From positions 930,001-994,000 of the forward strand of contig OZ025797.1 in the NCBI GenBank assembly GCA_964019425.1: DNA of 64,000 nt, given 5' to 3'. Numbering within the stretch: the stretch's first letter is position 1; every line of letters begins with the position of its first letter. Source of the DNA: Flectonema sp. DT1601. Taxonomy: Eukaryota. Under the pieces are notes generated by a model. The model worked only from the letters and a program-made list of their open reading frames with translations, was not told the origin of the DNA and made no database searches. Shown in pieces: positions 33,745-45,517 of the stretch. The position numbers were made by a program, and so were the translations under genes.

Positions 33745-36700
33745 GGGGGTTGAAATTTTTGAATATATTTATGAAGAAATAAATATCTGTATTGTACCAG
33801 AGTTTACTAAAATAAACGATAGTTGTGATACAGTTAACTAAAGTAATGTTAGTATAGGTAAAACTCTGCGTATGACTGTTGTCATTCTGTGCAGTACGGA
33901 ATCGAGTTATTCAATTACTTAAATAGTGGGAAACCAAAACCACGGCAGAGTGTAGGTTTTCACCTATTAATTACTTGTCAATAAATAAATAATTCGTTTC
34001 AAGAAACGGGGAGAGATCTAATGCGATACGAAAAGATCTATCTGGGAAGAATACCTCAGGCCTTTGCACAAAAATAAAAACAATAAAAGTACCGTCACTA
34101 TAACATAAACATCGTAAGATTTGATAAGTTTCTTTGGTGGAGGCCACGTGAACGTAGTTGAGCACCTCTTGCGCAACAGTGAAAAACAATAAAAATAATT
34201 GGTTAAGGGGATAGGAGTAAAAAAAAGTAAAAATATTGTTTGTCTGTTCCATACATGACACTTTCTTTACAAAATAATCACAAAAGTCAGATTTCACACC
34301 ACGAAAGAAAACAAAAAAAAAAAAAAAAAAACAGAACAAGCCCGTTAGGGGGATGACTGAAAACTTTAAAAAGTACTACAGAATTTGGCAGCACAAATAA
34401 TTGTAAGAATCAAAAGGAAGCTCAGATAAGACAGTCAGGTTGAGGTCTTACCTGCTTCGTATCAGAAAAAAAAGGAAATACATTCAAAAAAATATTAAAA
34501 AGCTCGCAATTACTTGTAAAAACGTTTTTTTTTTTGGTTTATTTTATTTTAAAACTCTTGCTTACGAGATCTAATCGCAACCTTGCAAGAGCAGTTATAT
34601 TCCTAATATTGGACGTGTATCAACCCAAAGAGCAGAACGACCCTCCAGAACGAAAGAAAAATCACTTCCCAAAAAAAATAATAGGAAAGGAAGATATTTA
34701 GCTTAAAAGAACGAAGAACAAAAAAAAAGGGAAGGAGGGGAAAACAGGATGAGACCTGTCTCGATAGAGACCGCTGACAATAATGCCAAGTCTCCTTAAA
34801 TAAATTTACGCAAGCAGATTGTATTTTATTTCTTTTGCACACAAGTTAACATTTCGCAATTCGTTCTTTATAAATCCCGCAAGAACTATTTCATTTTTAG
34901 GACCGGAATTTCAGAAAAAATAACCAAACACTCGACAAGAAGACACCAACGAAAAGGAACAACTGCGCAATAAATCACAACATGCCATCAGGTCTACGCC
35001 GATTGCTCGTCGTATCATGTCAGGTTCAAGATCAGTATTGACAGCTACAATCCTACTAAGAAAACGAGGATATATTCGTTAAATTTTCTTGTATTATTTT
35101 TCTTGTTTTTTTTTTTTTTTTTTTTTTTTCCTGTTATAAAGATAAAGAAGCCCATTCCATTGCATATTTTTGCATCGCTGACACAGCAAACTAAGAAGCA
35201 TTGGGTTCACTAAACAGAGCATTAGTAAGTTCCGTTGACCCAATACCGTTATGAAAGCAAGAATTGGCTTCTTTACACGTTAAGGTAGAGTACAGACTAA
35301 GTAAAAACGATACCGAGTATCTTTAAATATTTATGTTGATATGTTTTAATGAGGACAGCATCATTGAAAACACATAAAACATTAGTGATGTTAGAGCTAC
35401 GCTTATTCAATATAAGCGACAGCCACGGACATGAAAGAACAAGCGATTAACGTAGTACACTGATTCACCGTCTACCCTACTAGTTAAAACGCGTGTCTAA
35501 ATGAACCGTAATTCAGCTCTTGGTTTAGAAACATAACAACAATGAAATAGTTAGCATCAGCTGTTATAGAACGATTCAGCTAATTAGTATTTTAGAATAT
35601 ATTACCGTAAACACATAGTAACGGAGGGTCTAATTGAAATCACACAAACGGTTGCATTATTTTCCAATTAAGATACGTCACATGGAAGTGTAAAATAGAA
35701 GAAAAATAGTACTAACAAAGAAAAAACAGTAGGCGCCATGGAGAACCACCGTAAAATATTCTGTTCTCTTCCAAGAAAAACTGACAAGCCGAGGAGCCAA
35801 AAAAGCAAATGAACTTCTTCCTAAATCAAAAGAACGGGAAAAAAAAAAGAAAAAGAAATCTGGAAAGCGACATCGGTCTGTGAACCGAGAAGGTTAAAAA
35901 AAGATGCAAAAAAAAAAGAAAATAAGTAACCCCACTGCTACCCCCTGAAGATTTAGACAACAGAGCGTCAATGAGAGATAAACAGCCTTAGGTGGCTGTA
36001 AATACTAAATGTGATCGAAAGACAGCGGGACATCAGTTTTCTTTTTCCTTCTTAGAGTTAGGTGGAGTGCCCAACTCCCTATTATTTCTTTGGACCTAAA
36101 ACTGAATCCAGTGTTGCTAAGTTGTCAAAAAAAACTTTTTTTGAAAATCTGGAGTACCGCAAGCGCACTAAACGACTAGCATGGCTGACATTCGTTTTAG
36201 AAACAAATAATAATAATAAATAATATGAATACTGATGAAGGGGGAAAGGGAGAGAGAGAATAACGTTAGCAAAAAAATAATTAAAGAATAAAAAAAGAAT
36301 TTAAGAAAGAGGCTCTCGCGATATTTAAGAACTTTTTTTTTTTTTTTTTTTTTTCACGCACTCATGAAGAGTCCGCCAACATTAACTGCTTTTACAGCGG
36401 CTCGTATCAAGTATGGCAACATAGTTTCAAAATGGGCAATTATTAAGACAAAACTCTACTAAGAACTTCAGCCAACTCTTGATTAAGGAGCACACGCTTT
36501 AATACCAAAATAATTTCGAGAGTTGAAAAAAACATTTAATGATGACCAATGTCAAAAAAAAGAAAAAAAAACTTTGTTGTTATATAAAAGCAAAAATATA
36601 ACAATTGTTGCCAGCGAAGAACATCACGTGAACCCAACAGAAGGAAAAAAAGGTTTTCAGAAAAATCGGAAATTACCTTGTTCGTCTACAGTGGAAAACA

Positions 36701-37723
36701 GTCGGAAACGACTTCTAAAAATCCCCACGTAGAAATTTGCTAGTGCGATAAACAACAAAAATTATTTCACCTCTAAAACCTTGCATTAGAATAAAGTGAA
36801 CAGAGCTAACTGTGACTTGCGCTGTAAACGTTGGGTATGACTCGAGACTATGTTTAAGTAACGGACATTACGTCTCGTACTTTATTCACAACTCAAAACA
36901 AACGCTGCATGCTCGATCAGTCGCAAGTAAACAACTAAATAATATGTAAAGGAATCTATTATACTAAAGAAATAGATTTTAGTAATTATTTATTTAATCC
37001 CCGGGAAGAAAAACACAAGCTAGTATGGTTTTGTGGGTTTTTTTTTTTTTTTTTGTAGCTGATTCTGTCTGTGAAAACTGATTACCTTTTAAAGGGGTAA
37101 TACCGAATACAAGTTGTTGTTTTTTTTTTTCTTTTTCCGTTGTCTCCAGTCGCTTTATAAATCCCGGGAAAGAAAACACATGCGAGTATAGTTTTTTTTT
37201 TTTTAAAGAAGTTGGGCGGGATACGAACGTCAAGAGTGCAAGCCGTGAGACTCTCACTGGTACACTAAAAAGAAAAAAAAACAAAGATATATAACTCAGT
37301 GGGGTTCCCTTGAAAAAGAAACAATTGCTTGTTTTGTTTGTTTGCTTGTTTTTTTCAAAAAAAATCTTTTTTTTAAAGAGTAGAAAAATTCAAGAAATAG
37401 AAGGGATGAGAGGGGGGAAAAAAAAATAGAATCACTTTTTTTTTCTTTTTTAAGAAAATTATGAAAAAAAGAACTTCAGCCACTGTTCAAACAGGTTGGC
37501 TTTATGACACAAGACTAAACAATCCATTGTTTAAAAATAGAATACACAGATAGAGAAAATAGTTTAACGCCGAAAAGGCAAAAGGGATTTATCCCCTTCT
37601 TGTTTTTTTGTTTTTTTGCTTGTTTGTTTTGTGAAGCACGTTACAAGGCGTCAGTAAATTACTGACTTAGTATTAATTAGAGAATACTTGCAAAGGGTAG
37701 CAGAGAAGTCTCTTGCTTTTCGA

Positions 37724-40321
37724 TTATATTAGTATCACTGGGGTGACCTTTCGTTCTACGCAAGTTGTTCTCCAGGAACAGAAAACACTATCTCCACCAA
37801 AGTCATCGTTGGATTCATCAAAGAAATCCTCTGCCTCTTCGAATTTGTCACTAGTGATGCTTACTACAGCTGCGTTCCATTTTGTGTAGATGCCGTCAGA
37901 ATTAATTTGATACATCCATTCCTGTTCTTGCAATTCCCTTATGGAGATAGCTTCATAAATAAGACTTGGGGCATTGTAACGTTTAGCGTATGTTACCAGT
38001 GATGCAGCTCGTGAATTTACAACTAGGTGTGAATATTCATAACATCTATCGTCAATCAATCCCTTGTACCCTTTGGCAGAATTAAACCTTTCGAGGGCTG
38101 CTGCAAACGGAACTATCGTAGATAAAATAGTGAATTTCCTCATTCCAACAATACCCATATTTCCAACCTTTGCAGTGCCTGACGTTACTGCAAAAGATAT
38201 GTTCAACTGGCACTTCTTTCTCGCAGAAACAGCTGCTTTGACAGCGCAGGACTTGTGCTCACCGTTATTACGCATAGCGTTGAAATATGCCATCAGTCGA
38301 TCTCCAGAAAAAGAGTCACAGACACCTCTGTGAGAATCAACAGCTTGTGTTAATGATTCAACAAGTAGACGATGGCGTTCGAGGACTGCTTCAGCTTCGG
38401 CGTCACCCCCTTGATGATAAGTTGAGTGCCATCCGATAGAATTAAACATGACTACTGATACAACTCTATTTCTAATACCAAGTTCAGTAGCATGTTGATA
38501 CTGTGAGAGATGTTTGTGATTAGAAGAATTGCTATGCCATGATCTGTTACTCATTCTCAAGGTTGATTCGCCATCAGTTTTACTATCGAGTTCTCCACTG
38601 CTGTCACTGCTGTAGAGTACACTTTGAGGCATGTAGTTTCTGTATTCGATTAGGTTTTTAACCATCGCTCTGAATGATGTTTGCATTTCACTTACTTCAC
38701 TTAAATTACTGAGATCACTTTGTAAGTCAACAGATTCGGTTTGCATAACAGCGACAGCAGCCATTTCTTTTATTAATACTCTCAAAGGAGAGATAATCAC
38801 ATTAGTCAACACTACAGCTAATGACAACAATATAACAACACATCCTGTTGTCACTGAGTACATTATAATATGTTTATTAGCTCTTTCATCGTCTGCTTTT
38901 TTCTTGTCTTTTTCAATGTTAATTCTAATCGCTTCTACCGCTTCATCAATCACAGCCATAACAGAGGATCTTGGTACTAAGAATGCAATATACCATTTGA
39001 TATTAGAGAACTCAACCTTTGCAAAGCTAGACCAGTATAAAATTGATGTATTTGTATCAGTCCATTCAAGGATCGTTCCTTCAGGTACGTTTGTTGAGTA
39101 TTCATAGTGATTGCTTGCGTTGGTTTTGTTAGCCATTTCGTGAAGCATAAATCTACTGTGTCTCGCAATAGGTGATAGTGGTCCGTCCAGTTCTCCATTT
39201 AACGTGTGGTTTACTGCTTGAAACGGAGTAGCAACTCTCCATATTTCATTGCCTTGCGCATCGAATTGTCTAACAGTACTAAACGGTTCTCCAACATTAC
39301 ATCCAGCAACTGTTCCAACAACACCACTCCAAGGATGCCTTTCAATAGCATACAATAAAGAATTAATCGGTAATGATATTTGTTTCATGTATGTAGAAAT
39401 ACCTGCAACATTTTGTGAACTGTCAATGTGACCAATACGACCCTGTTGTCTGGCTGTTCTGTTTACTTGCAACGGATGAGACATTGATCTACAAGTTTGA
39501 ACGGATACCTGTGGACCAGCTCCAATAATTGGTGAATAGATTGTATATCCTGGATCCTCAAGATATGATGTAAGATCATTACTAAAAGCATTATCATAAC
39601 ATCGTTTTAATAATTCAACTCGAAGAGGATCAAAGGCGGCTTCTATTCTAAGAGGACAGTCACCATAATTTGTTGGATCGAGAAAGTTACACTTCCCTCC
39701 TATGAGATGACCTGTTGAGTCGGCATTTCCAACACGAGCTAAAGGATTGACACTGATTGGACCATCTGGATAAAACTTACGTGTTTCAATAACTCCATGT
39801 GCGGGAGACTTGTCTTCACGAATACCCGCAACAAAGAATGACATCAATCCTCCCCACGAGTCGTTATATTGTTTTCGAAGCTCATCACTATTAGGTGAAT
39901 CTCCAGCTAAGACTAATACGGATGCTGTGTCACGAAGTTTTCCATATAAGTGAAGATGCTTTGAAAACATAAAAGGTCGCATAGTGTTTTCAAAAAAATC
40001 AGGATTGCCAGGGATGTCGGGGTGCATCATTTCTAAGAAACGAGCAACTTGATCAGCGAATTCAGAAGGAGCGATAATTCTATTGCGGACGTTTGTACGG
40101 AAATCATTTAATACAGCTCGTAGTAGTCGTGATGAGACTGATCTAACATTCTCAGCACCACTATGCATACACTGCTCAATACCACGATCTCCTGTTGCTC
40201 GCGCATCATTTGTTGACTCGGTACCAGTCGTGATTGAGATACCTCCCAATATAGCACACGTCGCCAGCATCATTGATGTTGTAAGTGCTAAAGTCAACGA
40301 TTGAATGCCTGCCACTCCCAT
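37724..40321 (-). CDS. Receptor-type class III nucleotide cyclase-like protein (TM, large extracellular Cache-like region, TM, HAMP-like linker, degenerate cyclase domain)
   Basis: N-terminal and second TM segments, ISPLRVLIKEMAAVA...SEVSEMQTSFRAMVKNL..YR.YMPQSV linker, cyclase-fold motifs FSGDRLMAYFNA and GTAKVGNMG. Confidence 0.85.
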   Translation of the reverse strand: MGVAGIQSLTLALTTSMMLATCAILGGISITTGTESTNDARATGDRGIEQCMHSGAENVRSVSSRLLRAVLNDFRTNVRNRIIAPSEFADQVARFLEMMHPDIPGNPDFFENTMRPFMFSKHLHLYGKLRDTASVLVLAGDSPNSDELRKQYNDSWGGLMSFFVAGIREDKSPAHGVIETRKFYPDGPISVNPLARVGNADSTGHLIGGKCNFLDPTNYGDCPLRIEAAFDPLRVELLKRCYDNAFSNDLTSYLEDPGYTIYSPIIGAGPQVSVQTCRSMSHPLQVNRTARQQGRIGHIDSSQNVAGISTYMKQISLPINSLLYAIERHPWSGVVGTVAGCNVGEPFSTVRQFDAQGNEIWRVATPFQAVNHTLNGELDGPLSPIARHSRFMLHEMANKTNASNHYEYSTNVPEGTILEWTDTNTSILYWSSFAKVEFSNIKWYIAFLVPRSSVMAVIDEAVEAIRINIEKDKKKADDERANKHIIMYSVTTGCVVILLSLAVVLTNVIISPLRVLIKEMAAVAVMQTESVDLQSDLSNLSEVSEMQTSFRAMVKNLIEYRNYMPQSVLYSSDSSGELDSKTDGESTLRMSNRSWHSNSSNHKHLSQYQHATELGIRNRVVSVVMFNSIGWHSTYHQGGDAEAEAVLERHRLLVESLTQAVDSHRGVCDSFSGDRLMAYFNAMRNNGEHKSCAVKAAVSARKKCQLNISFAVTSGTAKVGNMGIVGMRKFTILSTIVPFAAALERFNSAKGYKGLIDDRCYEYSHLVVNSRAASLVTYAKRYNAPSLIYEAISIRELQEQEWMYQINSDGIYTKWNAAVVSITSDKFEEAEDFFDESNDDFGGDSVFCSWRTTCVERKVTPVILI

Positions 40322-41104
40322 TATTTATTTATTTTTGTTTTGTTTTGGGTTTGAAATAAGTTTCAATAACTGAAAAGGGAGAAAAAGAGAAAAAAAAAAA
40401 GTAATAAACCAAAAGTGTTATAAGTTACTTAAAAAGGCAAGTTTCCCACCAACTTCGATTGATTTCTTCTCTTGGGAGAAGATGATCCATTCAGGGGTGG
40501 TGATTGGATATGTCAATCTAACCTCTTTGTATGTTACTCTTCTTTGTTTATTATCCACAACAGCGACGCATTTAATGAAATATAAAATTTCAAAATTTAA
40601 TCCCTGGGGGGAAAAGAAAATACTCATTAAAACATAACAATTACAAAAGCAACATGGTTATATCGCACGTTAGTGTTTTTTTTTTTTTTTTTTAAAACCA
40701 GAAAAGAACGTTTTGTATAGGGTGTTTCGTAAAGGGTTTTTCTGATTTCTGACTAACAGTGCCATACACAATTAACAAGATCAAAGGCTCAAATAATTTC
40801 TTTAGGTTTTATTCAAACAAGAATACACGCAATAAATATCAGATTGTTTCTTAGAATTAGGCCTTAGCAATCAGCTAATAAAAAAACAAAAAATCTAACT
40901 CGGTTTTGGGTGTGCAAGCTTTGTGGTGTTTTATCAAAAATCAATTATTAGTACGCAGGCTGCTAACACAACCAAATGTGAAATTAGTTCGTTAGTTAGA
41001 AACTTCATAATCTAAGGTCAAATATCGAAGTAATACAAAAAGATCTAATTTAATGAGTTTTTCGTTTTTTTTATACACGCAGAGATTTAATTTAAAATTA
41101 CATC

Positions 41105-41142
<38 letters not shown>

Positions 41143-41236
41143 TACCAGCAAAATATCGAAAAGATGTCACACAAAACACCATTACTATGAGGCTGCAGTA
41201 CAGTGAGGTACGTTAATAAGCAAACAAAAAAAAAAG

Positions 41237-42397
41237 TTACTTTTTAGTAAAGACCTTTAGGGCATCCCACATGCTTTGAGCTTGATCACGAGCTTCTGGA
41301 GTAGAATAGTCTAGATCAGAATAGGTGTATGGACCAGTTCCTCTTAGGTTGTATGTGTTACATAATTCGTACTTTGGTTTCAAAGAAATCGCATCATCGA
41401 ACCAAAGCTGACGAACTACACCATGTCTGTTGTAGTTAAAGTAGGCTGTCGATAAATCTTTTGAAAACCTTCTTCCAGTAGTCGAATTCTTCAAGACGTT
41501 CATGACGGAAGCGAAACCAATTTCACCACCTGCTGCATCACTGCAATTGACTCCTCTGAAAGGAACGAATGGAATGTTACAAAAAACTGCGTCTTCCGAG
41601 GTACCAGAAACACATGGATAGTCATATCCGTACCAGGGTAAACCAAGAATAAGTTTTCTTGGTGAAATACCCAGGGAGAGGTAGTTTTTAATAGCTTGTT
41701 CAGCAAGTGGGAGAGCAGCATTAGGGGCTGCGATGCATTGTTCGAATATTTGACTTCTAGTGTCATAGACCATCATGTAGAGCAAGTCAGAAGCATCAGC
41801 GAGACCTTTGTTGTCATACCAACGACCGTCAATACCAAATGGAGACCAAGCAACACAAACACTTACTTGTGATCCAGGGACTTCTTTGTGAAGTGTTGTT
41901 GTTGTTTGTTGTACTACTTTCACGTAGTATCCAGCGAGGGGTGATCCTGGAGGCATTGGATCCTCATGATCGAAAGTAACTCCGTCGATGAATAAACCTT
42001 TAACCATTATTACAATATTATCAACGTATTCATTTAAAGCTGTTTCATTAGTTCCTAAAAGTGTTAAGTTTACACGAGGTGCTCCAGCAATAAGACGGAC
42101 ATCCTTCGAGTGAGATGTGCACATCATATTGGGATCATTATACCAAGCAACAGTAGTTACTTGATTCATGTCTAGGTTCTTCCAGTTGCTGGTGTTGCGT
42201 CTCTCAGCAGTGAATCCAAAAACTTCCTTCTCATGTATTGTAGTTACTGCTTTACATAAAGACTTATCATCACATGGACACTCAGCATATCCCTTTCCAT
42301 GAATCTCAAAATTTAATCTCGACGATTCTGGTAACTGCTGACTCCTACCAAGTGCCCCAGCAACAATTGCTGTCACTACAGCAATGCGATTCATCAT
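41237..42397 (-). CDS. CTBS: Di-N-acetylchitobiase-like GH18 glycoside hydrolase
   Basis: Signal peptide, CPCDDKSLC, KEVFGF, TTVAW, DGVTFDHE (GH18 catalytic DxxxxDxE), GSQVSVCVAWSP, MVYD, KLILGLPWYGYDYPC, VPFRGVNCSDAAG and QLWFDD. Confidence 0.93.
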   Translation of the reverse strand: MMNRIAVVTAIVAGALGRSQQLPESSRLNFEIHGKGYAECPCDDKSLCKAVTTIHEKEVFGFTAERRNTSNWKNLDMNQVTTVAWYNDPNMMCTSHSKDVRLIAGAPRVNLTLLGTNETALNEYVDNIVIMVKGLFIDGVTFDHEDPMPPGSPLAGYYVKVVQQTTTTLHKEVPGSQVSVCVAWSPFGIDGRWYDNKGLADASDLLYMMVYDTRSQIFEQCIAAPNAALPLAEQAIKNYLSLGISPRKLILGLPWYGYDYPCVSGTSEDAVFCNIPFVPFRGVNCSDAAGGEIGFASVMNVLKNSTTGRRFSKDLSTAYFNYNRHGVVRQLWFDDAISLKPKYELCNTYNLRGTGPYTYSDLDYSTPEARDQAQSMWDALKVFTKK

Positions 42398-42639
42398 TTT
42401 TTTTTTTTTTTTTTTTTTTTTTCAAAAGGTTCTGTTTAGTTAGAAATAAATTACGACACACTACTACCTTGATATTCGGAAAAAAAAATTTTTTTTTTGC
42501 CAATAAAAGTTATAGCAACGTGAAAATACAAATACCCCGTGTGGGTGGGTCAATGAGGAGGCAAGAATCGAATACGAGTTCTCAACTAAAAATGTAAATA
42601 CAATGTGTCCAATGTCAATAACAAATACTGTGAGAGGTC

Positions 42640-43677
42640 TTATCTCGTACCTCTTGGTGGGTTTCTACCAACGTTTGCGCGATAACTTGTTGCAGTTATT
42701 GAGCTTCCAGATGTGTATTCTGAACTCATTGACTCGATTGTAACAGTTGGTCTTGTAACTTGATCCCGTGTAGTTGGTACAGTGCCACCTTCAGTACACA
42801 TTGGATGAAAGGTATCATACATAACTCCACATGCTCTACAAATTGAAAGCATGCTTTCATCAGAAACACCAGTTCTCACTAAAACAACTAATGGATCTGA
42901 ACACGGATGTCGATTAGCTGATCTGGCTGTACTAAATCTCTTTAAACAACTCATACACTGAACCGGTTTTTTAAACTCTACGAGATGTTTATTAAGTTTT
43001 GAAATTCCTTGAAAGGTTTCTCCACAATTACATCCGTTATCAGTACAAGTTGGATGATATTGTTTTTCATGAGCAATAAGTGCTCTTCTACTACAGAACT
43101 CCTTGGAGCATGTTGGACATTGCTGCAATGCGAGATCATGTGCTGCGCGGTCTGGGTCGTTCCAGAGCGACATTCCACAGCGACAACATTGAGTGACAAT
43201 CCCGGGTGTTGCACTTGGGATTTGTTTTCTTCTAATAGTCGATATGTTCCTAGAACTTGATGAAGATCTGAGCAACTGTTTCAGTGAACGCGGTGCTTCA
43301 GTAATAAGAGACTCTGTTGATTTCTTCATATTATCCAGTAGAGTTGCTATATTAGATAACCAAGACGTTGATTCAGATGTTGACAGTTCAGCTTCCTCAG
43401 AGTCAGTGAATGAAATAAGGATTGCCTTCACTCCTTTAAACTCTTTTAATTCTCCGATAATATCCTCAGCAGCGCTTATTGCGTCTTCATTACTTTGACA
43501 AGGAACTATATCGCAGTCAGGTGATACTAACGAGTCCTTTCTAAATCTTTCAACTTCTTCATTTCTTATAATGACAACAATTCTACCTTCCCATCCGTGG
43601 GGTATTTCTTCACCATTCATCCAATTGATTGCCCCTGACGGACAGCTCATTCCATCAACCAGTACTACGTTGAACAT
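42640..43677 (-). CDS. C2H2 zinc-finger protein
   Basis: CPTCSKEFCSRRALIAHEKQYH, C...CGETFQGISKLNKH and CMSCLKRFSTARSANRH. Confidence 0.8.
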   Translation of the reverse strand: MFNVVLVDGMSCPSGAINWMNGEEIPHGWEGRIVVIIRNEEVERFRKDSLVSPDCDIVPCQSNEDAISAAEDIIGELKEFKGVKAILISFTDSEEAELSTSESTSWLSNIATLLDNMKKSTESLITEAPRSLKQLLRSSSSSRNISTIRRKQIPSATPGIVTQCCRCGMSLWNDPDRAAHDLALQQCPTCSKEFCSRRALIAHEKQYHPTCTDNGCNCGETFQGISKLNKHLVEFKKPVQCMSCLKRFSTARSANRHPCSDPLVVLVRTGVSDESMLSICRACGVMYDTFHPMCTEGGTVPTTRDQVTRPTVTIESMSSEYTSGSSITATSYRANVGRNPPRGTR

Positions 43678-43848
43678 TTTTATTCACAAGACACTGCCGA
43701 GATGAAATAATCTTCTTATTTTTTTTTTTAACTATGAAAGAGTCGTTAACACAGTTCTATTAGTTTAAAAGACCCCAACAAAAGTGAGGAGTGTAATTAG
43801 AGGGTTTTCAGTTTGAAAAAAAACAACAGGCTGCTGTAGCACATTTCA

Positions 43849-45080
43849 CTATTCAACTACAGCTGTCTGTTGTCCAATAACATTAATCAATAATAGTAAT
43901 GTAATTATTGATAGAATGCTTAAAAAGAACGTGTGGATGGTAAGATATGGAGCAACAGCAGTAAAAGAGTAAAACAGAACATCGAGAAGAGTTCGGCTAG
44001 CAAGTGGACTGTTTTCAGTAGTAGAACGAGGTCTGGTTACTGCATCCACATGAGAATACTCAATTAGCGACATCGCTTTAGTTAAGTCAGAGTTTGTCAT
44101 CTCCAAAAGGCGCTTAGCCTTTGAAAGATAACTAATGTCATTATATTTATATATTAACCAATTACGCATCACCATGACGTCTGCTGAAATGGTGTTGCTT
44201 TTAAGTGCCTTTAAGGTTTCTTTGTGATCTTTAGTCTGACGTAAATGTGTTACGTGATTCTTAAATGAACTGAATATCGCTTCTCGTTCAGTCTTTCCCA
44301 AGCTGGGAATGACCTTCTTGCTGAATACTTGTTTTCTGGGCACAGCGCGAAGAAGCTGTCGAGTGGCTTTTGAACCAAATAAGTCGTCGTACAGATGAGG
44401 GTTTTGATACGGCAAAAACCAAAGAAACTCAACCGATAGCGGTCCATCACAATCCCCAACTGTTTCTTTTGGTAGGCTTGCATTGTTACAGGTAAGCCAA
44501 AATTGCTCAGCGTCTTGTCCATTTTTAAAGCTAATAGCAGCCATTCCAGTATTGTCTTCAATGTGAACACTTTCTACTGCTCCGTGTTCCTCTGCTAGTT
44601 TACCAACAGCTAACTGTGGAATGCTTTCAGGAAGTCCGGCTACTAATACTTCGCAATAAATGTCTTCCATTTGTTTTTGTGTGTAGTCCTTCGTGGTCAT
44701 ACTGACATATCCATTCATGCTGGCGTGAGGAGTCGGCTTGCGCTTTGTCTGTTTTCGTTGTTGTAATTAAATAAATTGACAACGATGGAATAGTGAAGAA
44801 AATAACAAAAAAAGAAGACAACTGAACACACAATAATGTAAGAATTCAATTTGTGCTTAACTTCAGATCCATTTTTCCATTCTTCTACGCAGGACTTATC
44901 AGGGCAGAACATCCACTCCGTGTCTTCATAGTAAGCGTTACTTCTCCATAGCCACATAGCTGACTTCATGTCTAGACGAGCTGAACTGCGAGGATGTTCA
45001 CCACCTTCAATGTGTGATGCAACAAAAGATTCATCTGAAAGTTCACATCCACAAATACAACACTGAAGTGGTGTCGACAT
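43849..45080 (-). CDS. Zn-finger + RRM-like + C-terminal transmembrane protein; 2 exons: 45080-44832, 44748-43849
   Basis: ORFs 44715..45080 and 43849..44718 join in frame through intron 44831-44749 (GTGTGT...AAAACAG). CCICGCEL...SHIEGGEH is a matrin/U1-type finger. VLVAGLP...HGAVESVHI...AAISFKN..DAE is RRM-like. Hydrophobic C-tail. Confidence 0.75.
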
Positions 45081-45517
45081 CGTTCCTGTTGAAGAGTGAA
45101 AAAACTTATTTTTAAAAAATAAAAAAAAATTTCACTTTTCGGTTAAAATAGAAAAATAAGACTCCAAAACCCCATCCGGAAGGATGGGTCATGTGTACGG
45201 GTAAATTTTTATTGGGAAGAAAGGTACTTTATTTTTTTTTCTTTCAGGAAAATATAAAAAAAATATGAGAAAAAAAGAAGGGTGATAGTTTGACAATGTT
45301 GAAACAGTAATAAACTTTATAATACTAAAATAAGTAATAAAGGCTAAAACTGAAGAAAACGACAGAATATCAAGCTTCACTTTAGTAGAGCAGCTAAAAA
45401 GCAAAAGATAATGTTTTTTCACTCGTACATAACTATAATAATGTTAGTAATAATTGCAGTCCAAAAAAAGAGAAAAAAAAGGGGGAAAAGAAAAAAGAAA
45501 GAAAAGGATTTTAATAT

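Noticed and set aside
45171..45188. CCCATCC-GGAA-GGATGGG hairpin as an intrinsic terminator
   Set aside because: Eukaryotic context, and a single 7-bp stem can occur by chance in 64 kb.
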